DNA of 64,000 bases from Zootoca vivipara (lineage: Eukaryota), in assembly GCF_963506605.1 (NCBI RefSeq), contig NC_083277.1:95356001-95420000 (forward strand), written 5' to 3'. Each line of letters starts with the position of its first letter. The first letter of the stretch is position 1. The notes under the pieces were generated by a model, which saw only the letters and a list, made by a program, of their open reading frames with translations, searched no databases and was not told the DNA's origin. A program made the position numbers and the translations under genes. Positions 35,681-55,170 of the stretch are shown here, piece after piece.

Positions 35681-36042
35681 CAAAGTGTGATGTGCACTTC
35701 TCCTTTGCCATGCACACCTTGTTCTGTTTTTACTTGTAATGTGATTTTTATGCACAAACATAACTGAAAAAGAGAGAGAATGATTTGCACTTAAATTGGA
35801 ATCTTTACACTAATGGATCCAATACATTTGCAGATGTTTTCATTAGGGCCACCAGGACTAATGATTTTCTTTCTTCTTCATTTTAAGAAAAACTTACAGT
35901 GCTACCATTGCATGTACAAGTATTGCATACATATGAATTTGTCCAGCAGTCAATATCTATAGTCCTTCAAAAGTCTCCTGAAATCCTATATATATATAAT
36001 AGTTTTGAAGTGTTTTGGTTCGCATCGTACCTTACTTTACCT

Positions 36043-36441
36043 CCTTCCTCTGATGCCCTCACATCTCTGCTTCCCAAAGGCTCGCACAGCTGTTTGTTGC
36101 AGCAGCCCTGGCTACAAGCTCCCCAAGCGAATGGTGCCTCGGGAGCTGGCCATGGGGTGCTTCCCATGCCCCTGTTGGGCAGTGTGAGGAGGCACCTCTC
36201 TTTGGGACAGGGGGTGCAGCTCAGAGACCAGAGGCAGCAGCTGCGGCTGCCCAGAGGACTCCCAAGGAGAAGAGAGAAGGCTGAGGGAACACCACAAGGA
36301 GGGTGTTCAAAAAGGGGTGAGGGGCTGCTGGCTCTGCAGGCAAGGGGTGGCATAACTGGGCTCCTGAGCCCCACAGGGGTGCCACAGAAAGAATGTAGTT
36401 GGTCAAGGGAGCTGTGGACCCAAAAAGGTTGAAAACTTCTG
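36043..36441. mobile_element. Truncated copy of the 2194-2675 hAT-like element
   Basis: Colinear similarity ending in gggagctgtggacccaaaaaggttgaaaacttctg. Confidence 0.75.
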
Positions 36442-37605
36442 GGCTAAGGAGTAAACCCTACACAAATTCGGAGTGTATTCCCAGCAACACTGGCAGCCAA
36501 GCTGGTGCCAAATGTACTGTTCTTTTTTCCTTTGGACTACATCAGAGAGGCTGGGGGGGGGGTCTTGTTGTCTGGACAGCCCAGGGCCTCCATACACACT
36601 GCCCAGGCTTGTGACTCCGTTGTCTCTAGAGAGAGATGGATGCCAGCAACTGACAGCTCAACAATTGACCATTTAAAATAAAAAAGTGTTAGTGAGCATA
36701 AAGCTTACCACTAGGTCACTTAATATCCAATGTCTTCACATTCTGTGATGGCATTGTTGCTTTCTAACCCCACCCGCTGTACAAAAAAGCCCTTATACTT
36801 AAAAGGCCGGAAAACTCATCAAAAGCTCTTTCCCCAGCTGTCTCTCTTATTGTTTTGATTTACTATCAGAGCTCTGTCTAGGGCGGCGGTGTTTGTTTTC
36901 AACGTCCAGCTACAAGCCTGGCTCTTAAATGTGTTGGTTGCAGGTTCTCATTTATGTTAGCCATGAAGCTCGCCAATCACTCTCAGCCTACCTCACAGGC
37001 TTGTTGTGAGTGCCTAGGAATGGAGGGGGTAGGCCTTCTCTGGTGCTGTGGCAGAAGGGCAGCTGAAAAACCAAACGATGAACAAGCAGCACCTCTTTAA
37101 GCACTGCGGCTTGCCTCTTTCATTCTGAAATCCACTCCAGTTGGGGGCTCCGGGGGGGGGACCATAGTAGTAAGGCCATTAGTCCATCTAGACCAGTATT
37201 GCCTACACTGGCCAGCAGCTGCTCCCCCATCCTCTCATAGCTGGAGGCGCCGGTGACTCAACCTGGGGGCCTTTTGCAAGGAAAGAGGAGCTGCAAGTCC
37301 AGGCGGGGCCGCGCGCGCTTTCCTGAGCGAGAAAGCATCCACGGGGGAAAGTCTCCTGAGAGGCGCCCTCCCTGCTCTCAGAAGGACGGGATGATGAGAC
37401 GCCCTCTCAAGTCAAGACGGCTGGAAAGAGAACCCGGGGAAATCCATCTCCCACTGAACTGAGCTGGGGGGGGGGCTTCATTGGAAAGAGGATCGCAGCT
37501 TCCTCGAAGGGAGCCTTTGACCCTGAAGCTTGCTGCTGGCAGGGTGGCTTTTTGCGGTCGCCCAAAGATGCGGCTTGGGGCGCGCGCGCGCGTGTTTCCA
37601 CCTGA

Positions 37606-45801
<8,196 letters not shown>

Positions 45802-46380
45802 TGCAGAGGCCCGGCATTCTCAGGGCTGTGAAATAACCCTACTCTGCTCGATTGGGCTTCTTGGGGTGAAAATTCCACCACTGCCGATCCCCCTCTTGTT
45901 GTGCAGCGACAACACATAACCTGCGTGGAGGGCAAGGTGTTATGAAGCCAGTGGGAAGATCTCCTTGTGGGTGTGCCAGGCTGAGGGATGCATGTGGAAG
46001 GGGTGAGGGACCCCAATTGATAAGGTGCAGTGGTTGCCATCCTTACATGCTGGGCTCATAACTCTTGGTGTGCAAGCAGAGCTGAGGAAGGGAAACAGCA
46101 AATGCCTTGTTCCTCACCCAAGGGTAGGAGGCCTGTGTGATCCACCCAGATGTTTCTGGACTCCGATCTCCATCAGCCCCAGCCAGCATGGCCAATGGGC
46201 CTGGGGTGATGGGAGTTGTAGTCCAGCAACATTTGGACCAGTTCCCCATCCCTGTCCTAACTCAACAACTGAAGGATCCATGGCTCCTTCTCCCTGTTTC
46301 TTGGCATGCATAGCTGATGCTCCTTCCCTTCCAAGCATGCCCATCTGCTTGTCCTCCTCGTTGCATCCGGGGCCTCTTGA

Positions 46381-46417
46381 ATTAAAAGGGCTCTGGTAGG
46401 AAGAGGTGCCATTTATT
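46381..46417. terminator. Opposed poly(A) signals: ATTAAA(+) 46381-46386 for TMEM235 and AATAAA(-) 46412-46417 for THA1
   Basis: Hexamers seen directly between the convergent genes; usage is inferred. Confidence 0.5.
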
Positions 46418-46992
46418 TAGTCAAAGGATTTCTATCCTTCTCCTACAGCTGGAAAAATGCTCCCAGAGCAGCTTACAGAAATCAGTAGTAAGGCAGCCCT
46501 TGCCCTCAGTGTTATAATCGAAAAGACATGGCACACAAGGAAAAAGGGAATAGGAGGGAGGAGGAAAAATAAAAAAGCAAGCTCTGGCTCCTTTTCTTAA
46601 AGCTACGGTTCTTAGCGGGCAGGTATCCCTTAGCCTGAACAGAACAGGAGCAGAGCATCCCTGGGAAACAATGCTCCCTCCCCATTGTTGGGACTGTTTC
46701 CTGAAGGGGGCTGTGCCAGGCCATGAAGTGGCGCAGCTCCTTTGGTCTGGCAACAGAATCTGTTGGCTGCCAGAGCAGCTGCTGGAAACAGGCAGGCTCT
46801 CCCACTGCTGTTCCCCCATAGCAGGTGGGTTGGGAAGCTGAAGCCCATTTCTCTCCTCTGTGGAGCCATGTGGGCCACGTCTTTAGCTAGGCCAGGGCTG
46901 AGCAATCACAGGCTTGCCTTCTCAGCACGTCCTGGCTTGTTTCAGGCTGACCTCCTGTGCACAAACTTAGCTTCCGACCCGCCAGACTGGCT

Positions 46993-49900
46993 TCAGGGTA
47001 TGCCGGCGCTTTGCTGCTCCCACTTGCCCAGGACGAAGCGCCACTTGCCCTCAGCCAGCTGCGTGTCACGGAGGGAGACGTCGCAGTGCCAGACGGCGCG
47101 CAGGCAACGCTCGCCCCACGGGAAGAGCCTCACGCTGACGGCTTGGCCTGTGGCGGCCACCTCCTCCTCACTCACCGCCTCCATCAGCTCACAGAGCTTG
47201 GCAGGGGTCAGCCCGGGAGCCGAGACGGTCGCCATGACGATGTTGGTCTCCACAGTGGCAGGACGTACGGAGCAGAGAGGCGAGCCCAGGGCAAAGGCAC
47301 CTGTAATGGGAAAACATAAGTTATCCAACCACAGGATAAATGGGTGGGTGTAGGAGAGTAAGGAATAGGGAGAGATCCTTACCCACCAACAGGGAGGGCT
47401 GGCCTGCTGAAATCTGAGCTGAAAGCTGACCCCAGCATAGGAGGAGCTGGAGAAATCTACCCTTCGAGCCTTGGCTCAAGGTGGCACCCTGTGTCAGCAA
47501 AGGGGTGGTGAGCAGAGGTTAGGCGTTCTCAATCCCTCCCTCGGCCTCACAGAACAGGCACCTTGGGCAAAGTGTCTGGCATTGTGATGATCCCTCTTCA
47601 GCGTCTCCTCCACATGGCTCAATCCAACCAGGCCAGCGGCTGCCAGGACCCCTGCCTGGCGCATCCCGCCTCCGAGGAGCTTCCGCACGCGCCAGGCTTC
47701 GGCGATCAGCTCTCCGCTTCCGACAAGAAGTGCCCCGGCTGGTGCTCCCACGCCCTGTGCCATCGAAAAGAGAAAAGATGGGGTTAGCCAGTGTGGAGGC
47801 TGCAGAGAATCCCAAACATCTCGGTCCCAGGGTTCCTGCGTGGAGGAGCTCTTGCACAGCCCCTTCCACTAGCCTCTATCTAGCTTTGTTCGGATCCACC
47901 TGCAAAGTTCTGCTGCAAATCCAAGGATGGATCGCAGAGGTTTCAAAGCACTTTGCCAGGGAAGGAGTGCAGTTCTGCTTTGCATGTGGATGGCCTCAGG
48001 CTCAATTCCCAGGCAAGGCTGGGAGGGACCCCTTTCTGGAATCCTGGGGAGCCGCTGCCAGTCAGTGTAGGCAGTACTGAGCTGGATGGAGCTCGGCTTC
48101 CTAAGTCCCCACAGTTAGGTGAGCCTCGCAAGTACTGTGCTTGCACTCTTCCCCGAAATCCACCCTGTTCAGAGTCACGGTATAGAAACAACCTACCTTA
48201 GAGAGGCACAGGGAGATGGAGTTGCAGTGCTGGGAGATATGAGCTGGTGGCACTCCCAAGGCCACGGCAGCGTTAAGCACCCTGGCGCCATCCATGTGAA
48301 TCCGCAGGCCGTATCGCTGGGCTAGCTGGCGCACCTGTGTAGAGAATGGAGCTCAACCAACAACTCAAAGCAGGCTTCCTCAACCTCGGCCCTCCAGATG
48401 TTTTTGGCCTACGGCTCCCATGATCCCTAGCTAGCATGACCAGTGGTCAGGGATGATGGGAACTGTAGTCTCAAAAAAACATCTGGAGGGCTGAGGTTGA
48501 GGAAGCCTGGCTTACAAGGCTTGCGGCAGGCGGAGGGGAAGACGTCCCAGAGCTGCTGGCCTTTCTTAGGGGCATTGCAGGTTCCGCTTTATGTAGAGCT
48601 CTGACTCTAGGGGCCTCATGATATCAAGACCCCTGCTCTGCGAGAAAACTAAAAGACAATCTTGGGTTACTGCTGGTAGGCAGGCTCCTATGGTCAGAGG
48701 AGATTGCTCAGTGTCTTTGAGCCCAGCCAAGGGGTGCTAAGTTGGGGGGTCTTCCTTTATCATCATCACTTCCTCTAATAACAAACTTGGGTGGGGCAGT
48801 GCCTGGCAGTTCCAAAGAGGTTTTTTAAAGCAAGGAGCCCCCCCCCCAAAAAATAAGGTCGATACATATCTAGAGATGCCCTCCCTAAGTACAGAGGTAT
48901 GACTAAAACCTTCCAAAATGGCCTGACAAGGACCTATGAATTTCCAGGGCTTTACCAAATGTAGATGTGCCAGCTTAAGGGTGACTGGGGATGGGAGAAG
49001 GAAACGAGATAAGGGTGGGGAAGCCAATAGAAGTGTGGATTAAGGTGAAAAGTGGGGGTGGGGGAACCCTCCATCCTCCACTACAGATGCATGCATTTTG
49101 GGTGGAATGTGGATACACCCCACAACAATTTTTTTAAAAAGTTTTATTTATTGTATAAATGCACACAGCTATTAAAAACATTGATAAATAAATACAAACA
49201 CTGAATGTACTTAAATGAATAAAATGTTATTCCTGCTACTACAGACTCTATTGCTCACAATGCCCCACCACAACGAAAAGGCAGCTGAATTCGTAGGGTT
49301 GAAAGGGACCCTGAGGATCATCTAGCCCCCAGCCCCCTGCAATGCAGGAATACGCAGCTGCCCATACGGGGATCGAACCTGCAACCTTGGCATCATCAGC
49401 ACCACGCTCTAACCTGCTGTCCAGGCTCTATCCAGGCTCTCCCAGTCAGTTGGGTTGAGTGGATGAATGACTCATGGTACTCACCTCTTGCAGGTACTTA
49501 AGGGGCAGCACCCTTCCCCCGGCCGAGCTGTGCGTGTTCTCAAGGGAAATGAGCTCAGGGCAGGGGTGGTACTGGCTTTGGTGGGCCCGCTGGATCTTCT
49601 GCTCCAGTTCATCCAGATCGATGGTCCCGTTGGGCAGGTCCTGTAATGCCTCTGAATGGACCCCCGCCACCTGGGTGAGAACAAAGTGGGTGGGTGGCCT
49701 CAGGCGAAGCCTGTACATGGTAAATGACTCATGCCGATAAAAGCTTTTACATTAACTTTGATGCAGTTTATGGTGAATGTAAATATGTGGTACCCAGTTT
49801 TGTTGGGAACAAAGTTCTTTATATGGAAAGGCACAAGTACATGTGCAACCTCTCTGAATGAGCCACGGCACCAGTTTGTGATAGTGAAGCCATCTGGTCT

Positions 49901-52900
49901 TGTAGGGAACAGACACTTCAGGACCTCTGAGAAGGCAAACTGATTGGTCAAGAAAAATCCTGATGCTGCAGGCACGACTTCCAGATCAAGCAAAACGAAA
50001 GCTGCAATTGAACAAGGCGGGGTTTAATTCAGAGCAAACAAGCCTAGCCTTGCACTATAAGGCAGAGAGGTTGTGTTTGGGCTGCAAGGTGGGCAGGAGA
50101 CTTATGGGGGGAGCTGATAGGAGGCAGAGGCAAGTTCTTCCAATAAGTCTTTTGGAAAGTTAGGAGGACTGGAGCTTGGGATTATTTAAATGGATTAATA
50201 CACAGAAGTAGTAGTTTTGGAGGTGCAAGCAACCTCAACCCAAAATGTTGCTTTGCAGTTTTAGCGTTGTGCTGCTGTTCTTATCTAAAGGAAGACGTCA
50301 TAGCATGTTCTAAAATGCATTAAATATATTTATGTCCTGCTGCAGTCATTGGGACCACTGATTCAGGATCTGAGTGCCAGAGACACACAGCAATCCGTGC
50401 TAAGCATATGGAAGAACAAAAAATGGGGCAACGTGCTGATAATGCAGTAAGTGTTAGAACGCACAAGGCAGCTTCCTGTAAATACTGATTCATGCAAGGA
50501 CCGCAAATAGCTTTCTACTCACAAGGGGGAAATCCCTTGGTTGGATCAATTGAATTCAAAACCCATGCACTGGCATTGCACCAATGGAAGCGTTGCAAAA
50601 TATAACAAAGGGACAAATCACTAAGGCATCTGTTGGTGGGTGGCGGGGCATGAGGAGTCAATAAATATCCCACACCTAGAAGGAATCAACATCACCTAGC
50701 TTAATCTCCTGTGCCCAGGGTTTCAGCTCCTTCGAAATTACCAGCATGGAAAATCCAGAGCTCTAAGAATAAGACATGGGATGCTTATAATCTCCAATTC
50801 TCAACAGTGGATCAGTGAGTTCGTTTCAAAAAGCTTAGTGGAAAAGACTGTTCTAAGAAGGTATTTGCAGGCAAACCATGCAAGCATTCTGGGGGGTCAG
50901 CTAAAAAAAATACATCGCAGGAGGTAACAAAGCAAATCATTAGAACAAAAGGGGAAGACAATTTGGTTTGGTTCTTTAGTGTGAAACAATCTTCACACAA
51001 TGTTATTTTGAGCTGAGCACAGAGACACTTGTGCATGAAGTCGGGATTGGAAACTGTTACTATCCAAGGAGAGGAGGATGCAGCTCGTGCTAATAGCCAC
51101 TAGAGGGAAGCACATCACCAGGCTTCTCACTCCTCTGGCTAAGGTTTGAGTACTGTAAAGCCTTGGACAGCTGCGTCCCCATGGCCCCTTTGCGAGATTG
51201 TGACCACATTTGCTTTGGCAGCTGTAAGTACATGAGACCTTTGCCATGTCTCTGGTTCCTTGTTTTTGAGATGGAATATGGGTAGAAAGAAGCACAATGA
51301 GCTTAGGTGATGGCCCAGCATCACTTACCTGTGCAGTACCTCCGTGCTCATACACATGGATGTGGGACTCCCTCCCAAGCAGGAGCTGCGCCCCTCGCCT
51401 GTGACAGTGGCACATGACTATGGTAAGAGAGTACAAGGGTGAGAACTGGGGAGTGTATAGTGGGGGTGGGGGGAAACACAGAGTCAGAGGGCAAGAGAAA
51501 ATGATGAATCTGTCACTGTTATCTCCTCCACAAATATATAGTGTAGAGTTGGAAGGGACCTTCAGGGACATCTAGTCCAACCCCTCGCAATTCAGGAATA
51601 TGCAGCTGTCCCATACGGGGATCGAACCTGCAACCTTAGCAACTATCAGCACCATGCTCTAACCAAGTGAGCTGACCAGGTTGCCTGCTTTGCTGCAGCT
51701 TTCATCACTGCTAGGAGATCCCTGAGCTGAAGCAGTCGGCAACGCTTATTCCAATCTCTCCAGCACCTTTTAAGAGTGCAGCAGTTAGGAGCTCTCATCT
51801 CACAGTCAAAAACGTTTTGCCTAGTAATTCTAAGGCTAGAGAAAGCCTCTTAGGCAGGGGGTTGAAGGTGTATATTTTTGTTGCACATGGATGGCACTGT
51901 ACTGCCACCAATGCTGGTAACCCTGCGGCCCTCCAGAAGGTGTTGAACTACAACTCCCACCACCCCTGACCCACTAGTTCAAGGTGGTGTACGTGGTTCT
52001 CCTCCCTATTTTATCCTAACAACAACAACCATGCGAGGTAGGTTAGGCTAAGAGAAGGTGACTGGCCCAAGGCCACCCAGTGAGATTCATGACTCAGTGG
52101 GGATTTGAACCCTGGTCTCCCAAGTTATAGTCCAGTACTGTAACTGTTATGCCACACTGGGAGTCTTGCAACATTTAGAGGGCCACAAAGTCCCCACCAC
52201 TGATTTTATAAATAATAACTGAAATAATAAAAACAAAACTGGAACAATTCCCAAAATGAAACTTACTCTCCTGACTGCTTCATTCAGGGGTTTTTATTTA
52301 ATGACTGGTTCTTAGGGCATAGCCCTTACAAGGAGACTTACATAATAATAAAACAGAGGGCATTAAAGTGATAGGCAGAGCACATATGTATTTATATGCC
52401 TAGTGTAAATAAGGGCTCTGAACCAGTGGAGGCATCTGCCAATGGGAGAAGAGGGGATCACCACGGCCCCGCCCCCACCCAATCAACTCCAAAGAGTTGG
52501 GGGCCCTTCCAGAACAGGATGGAAGGTGTTACAAGGGGCTGCAGGAGAAATTAGCTCCAATTGCTTCTAATGAGACTTACCAGCAATGAGGTTTGCCATG
52601 GTGGCTGTGGGAACAAACAAAGCCCCTTCCATTCCAAGGAGATCAGCCACTACTCTCTGCAGCTCTGAAGGGGGAAATAAAAACACAAGGACAAGAAGAA
52701 GCCACCCTCGAGTTTCACATAGTGCATGGGGTGGGTGGGTGTGATGTCAGAAGTTCACAACTGGGAGCCTGTTCACAGAATCAGGATATTTGAGTTTTAA
52801 CACCTCCTACTCCAGGTTGCTGAATATTTCAGCCAGGAATATAAGCAAAACATAAATAGGCTGAATATTATTCCCATGAACAAGCTCCTTTCAGACAAGT

Positions 52901-54164
52901 TTGGGGCAATTTCCAGAGGGGTAGTCTCTTAACAGCAAAATGACTTGTGACACTTCCAAGGCTAACAATTTTATTATGGTACAAGCATTTGCAGACTAGG
53001 CATGATAAAATCACCAATGGAGCTTAGATTAATTCTTCATGGAGACAGACACCCAGCAGCCAACATTGGCCCTTAAAGCCACAGGAAACTATATATTATA
53101 TTACAATAAACAAAATCCAGGTGTAGAGCCTGTCTTTCCATAAAATATTGAGGCCGGCTCTTTCCATCTGCTCCCCTCCAAATGCAACATTTTCCCTGGA
53201 AGGTATTGTATTTTTATGTTGTGAATCGCCCTGTGATCTTTGGATGAAGGGCAGCATACCAATTTAATAAGAAGAATAAATAGTGAAAATAAATCTCTGC
53301 CGTTCACAATGCCATTGCTTTTGACAGCTGGGTCTTGAAAACGAGAGCCTTGCTCCACAGCATGGAGCCCGTTGGAGAGCTTTACCGACCCAGGGACACC
53401 CCTTTTCACCCAGACTCACCATTGACCGTGGGGTCCTCCCCGTAGTCATCATCCCCCACCTCTGCCTGGGCCATAGCTTGCCTCATCTCGGGGCTTGGCC
53501 GAGTCACAGTGTCACTGCGCAGATCCACCACGTGGCACTCAGTCCCTGCTGGGCGACTGGCATGGTAACTATGCTTGCCCACTCTTGGAGCAGGGACAAG
53601 GGAAGAAGCCGGCTGCTTGGGGTACCAAGGTAGACTGGCACAATGTTGCCCAGTGCCTGACCAGCTGTATGTCCTTATCAGGATCCTCATAAGCCAAGGG
53701 GCCCTGAGGCTGGCCCTAAGAGGCTGGCGAGTAGAGCTTGGGTGGGCTAAGCTGCTGCAAAAGGTCCAACACGGACCCTTTTGCGTGGGATGGCTCAGAA
53801 GGATGCCAACACCCTGGTACCAACAGCGTGGTAGGTCCAGGCAAGCACCAAGTCCCTGGCACGGATCCCAAGGTGTGAGTTGATCCATGCAGGCTTTAAA
53901 TACCCGGCTGCGGTAACCGTGCCCAGAGGACACCAGGGTGGTGCCTACGCCCAACCGCCTGCGAGGAAACCGTGACAGAATAGCCCCTGGCTGCCGCCTG
54001 CACCAGGAGTCGCTGCTGAACCCAGGGTAACCAGCCTTGCAGCTTGTCGGCGCATAGGCTTTCCCGCCTTGGCTGCTGGCAGGCGGAGAAGCGGGCGCCC
54101 AGCAGGAGCAGATGCGGGCATGGAGCTCCTTGCAGAGGAGGGCACGACCTCCGCGCCTGGCCAT
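46993..54164 (-). CDS. THA1: Low-specificity L-threonine aldolase (PLP-dependent), intact; exons 54164(start uncertain)-53420, 52664-52581, 51417-51329, 49670-49485, 48334-48197, 47754-47562, 47300-46993
   Basis: [12 protein letters not shown]...[13 protein letters not shown]|ELQ...[12 protein letters not shown]|VMCHC...H-H-YE-GG|...[14 protein letters not shown]|...HMDGAR--NAAVA...SLCLSK|GVGAP-G (PLP lysine)...[12 protein letters not shown]|...VETN; no stops or frameshifts; GT-AG. Confidence 0.93.
48371..48509. mobile_element. Palindromic hAT-type MITE
   Basis: TIR caggcttcctcaacctc/gaggttgaggaagcctg. Confidence 0.85.
49290..49415 (-). mobile_element. tRNA(Ile)-head / CR1-tail SINE
   Basis: Reverse strand ttagagcgtggtgctgatgatgccaaggttgcaggttcgatccccgtatggg followed by a CR1-like tail; related copy at ~51543-51675. 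Confidence 0.7.
51543..51675 (-). mobile_element. tRNA(Ile)-head / CR1-tail SINE
   Basis: Reverse strand cagctcacttggttagagcatggtgctgatag...ggttgcaggttcgatccccgtatgggac plus CR1 tail. Confidence 0.7.
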
Positions 54165-54249
54165 TTCTCCCCCGGTCTGCAGCGCCGGCACCAGCAACAT
54201 CGCCGCTTCTTCCGCCCAGCACCAACTGGGCAGAGTCCAAAGCATCACG

Positions 54250-54430
54250 CTCTTCCCCTAAGGAGCCAGACTACAACTCCCAGCATGCTTCGGGCGCCGC
54301 GATTTCTCTCTGCCCTGTTTTCACTGAGTTTTGGTAGTTGTAGTCCCGGTGCGGACTACAGCAGACGAGCCGGGATCTCTCTCTGCCCCGGCCATTCCCG
54401 TGGCGTTATGGTAGTTATAGTCCCGGTGGA
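54250..54430 (-). promoter_or_regulatory. THA1 proximal promoter (CpG island, ZNF143/THAP11-type motifs)
   Basis: actacaactcccagcatgc 54270-54288 and further ggactaca/ggactata half-sites at ~54335-54360 and ~54411-54424. Confidence 0.6.
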
Positions 54431-54661
54431 AGTTAAAGGCTGGTTTAGAAATGGCATGGCAGCGTGTGCAGGGTGGGGGAGGAGAGAAAGTGCATTTGTG
54501 AGAAGCCATAGGACGGACAGTTCCAGTTTAGGTGGGGTGTGTGGAAAGGGGGGCCTTGCTCCTCCTCTCCCGACCTCCAGCCAACCCAACCCTTTCCTCC
54601 CCTCGACGACGCCATCAGGAAAGTGGCAGCGGGCGAACCACGTTCTCTCCCCCCCCCCCCA

Positions 54662-54793
54662 CATAGAATCATAGATTTGTAGAGGAGGATCCTCTGGTCC
54701 AAACCCCTGCAATATAGGAATCTTTTGCTCCACGTGATGCTCGAACTCATGACCCTGAGATTAAGAGTCTTATGCTCTGCCGAATAAGCTATC
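54662..54793 (-). mobile_element. tRNA(Lys-CTT)-head / CR1-tail SINE
   Basis: Reverse strand tagcttattcggcagagcataagactcttaatctcagggtcatgagttcgagc followed by a ...ctatgattct CR1 tail. Confidence 0.7.
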
Positions 54794-54849
54794 GCAGGGG
54801 CCACTACATTTAAGGCACCGATCATTCAACTTTCCCTCGCGCAGGATGA

Positions 54850-55170
54850 GCGACGCCCCCCCCCTCTTTCCCTGTGCGCTCATTGGCGGTTCTGGGCAGG
54901 CTGAGTAGCGTCATCAGCACACTTGTGACGTCTTCTGATTGGAGCCAATGCCAGGCTTTCCGGAAGTATCTCCCTCCTTAGGCACGCTGGGTGTTGTAGT
55001 CCGTCCATACCCCTTATCTCTATAGTAACAGCGTACGCGTGTTTCCTTCCTCCACCACATGCCTTTGGCCCCCTCGCCCCTCGCCCTCTAGAGTGGCAAG
55101 CCTGGGGATTTAAAAGAAGAAATGTTACCAAAAAGGCACGCAGGCACCGCTCCGCCAGCAGGTGCGCTCC
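54850..55170. promoter_or_regulatory. Second promoter-like module (CCAAT x3, CRE, ETS, ZNF143-type)
   Basis: attgg 54882 and 54938, ccaat 54945, tgacgtc 54926, ccggaagt 54960, cacgctgggtgttgtagtcc ~54983. Confidence 0.6.

Noticed and set aside
46742-47353. 203-aa plus-strand ORF (and 54069-54674, 201 aa)
   Set aside because: Antisense shadows of GC-rich THA1 exons; no recognisable domain.
51590-51675. tRNA-like sequences (also ~49360 and ~54730)
   Set aside because: Degenerate stems fused to CR1 tails: SINE heads, not tRNA genes.
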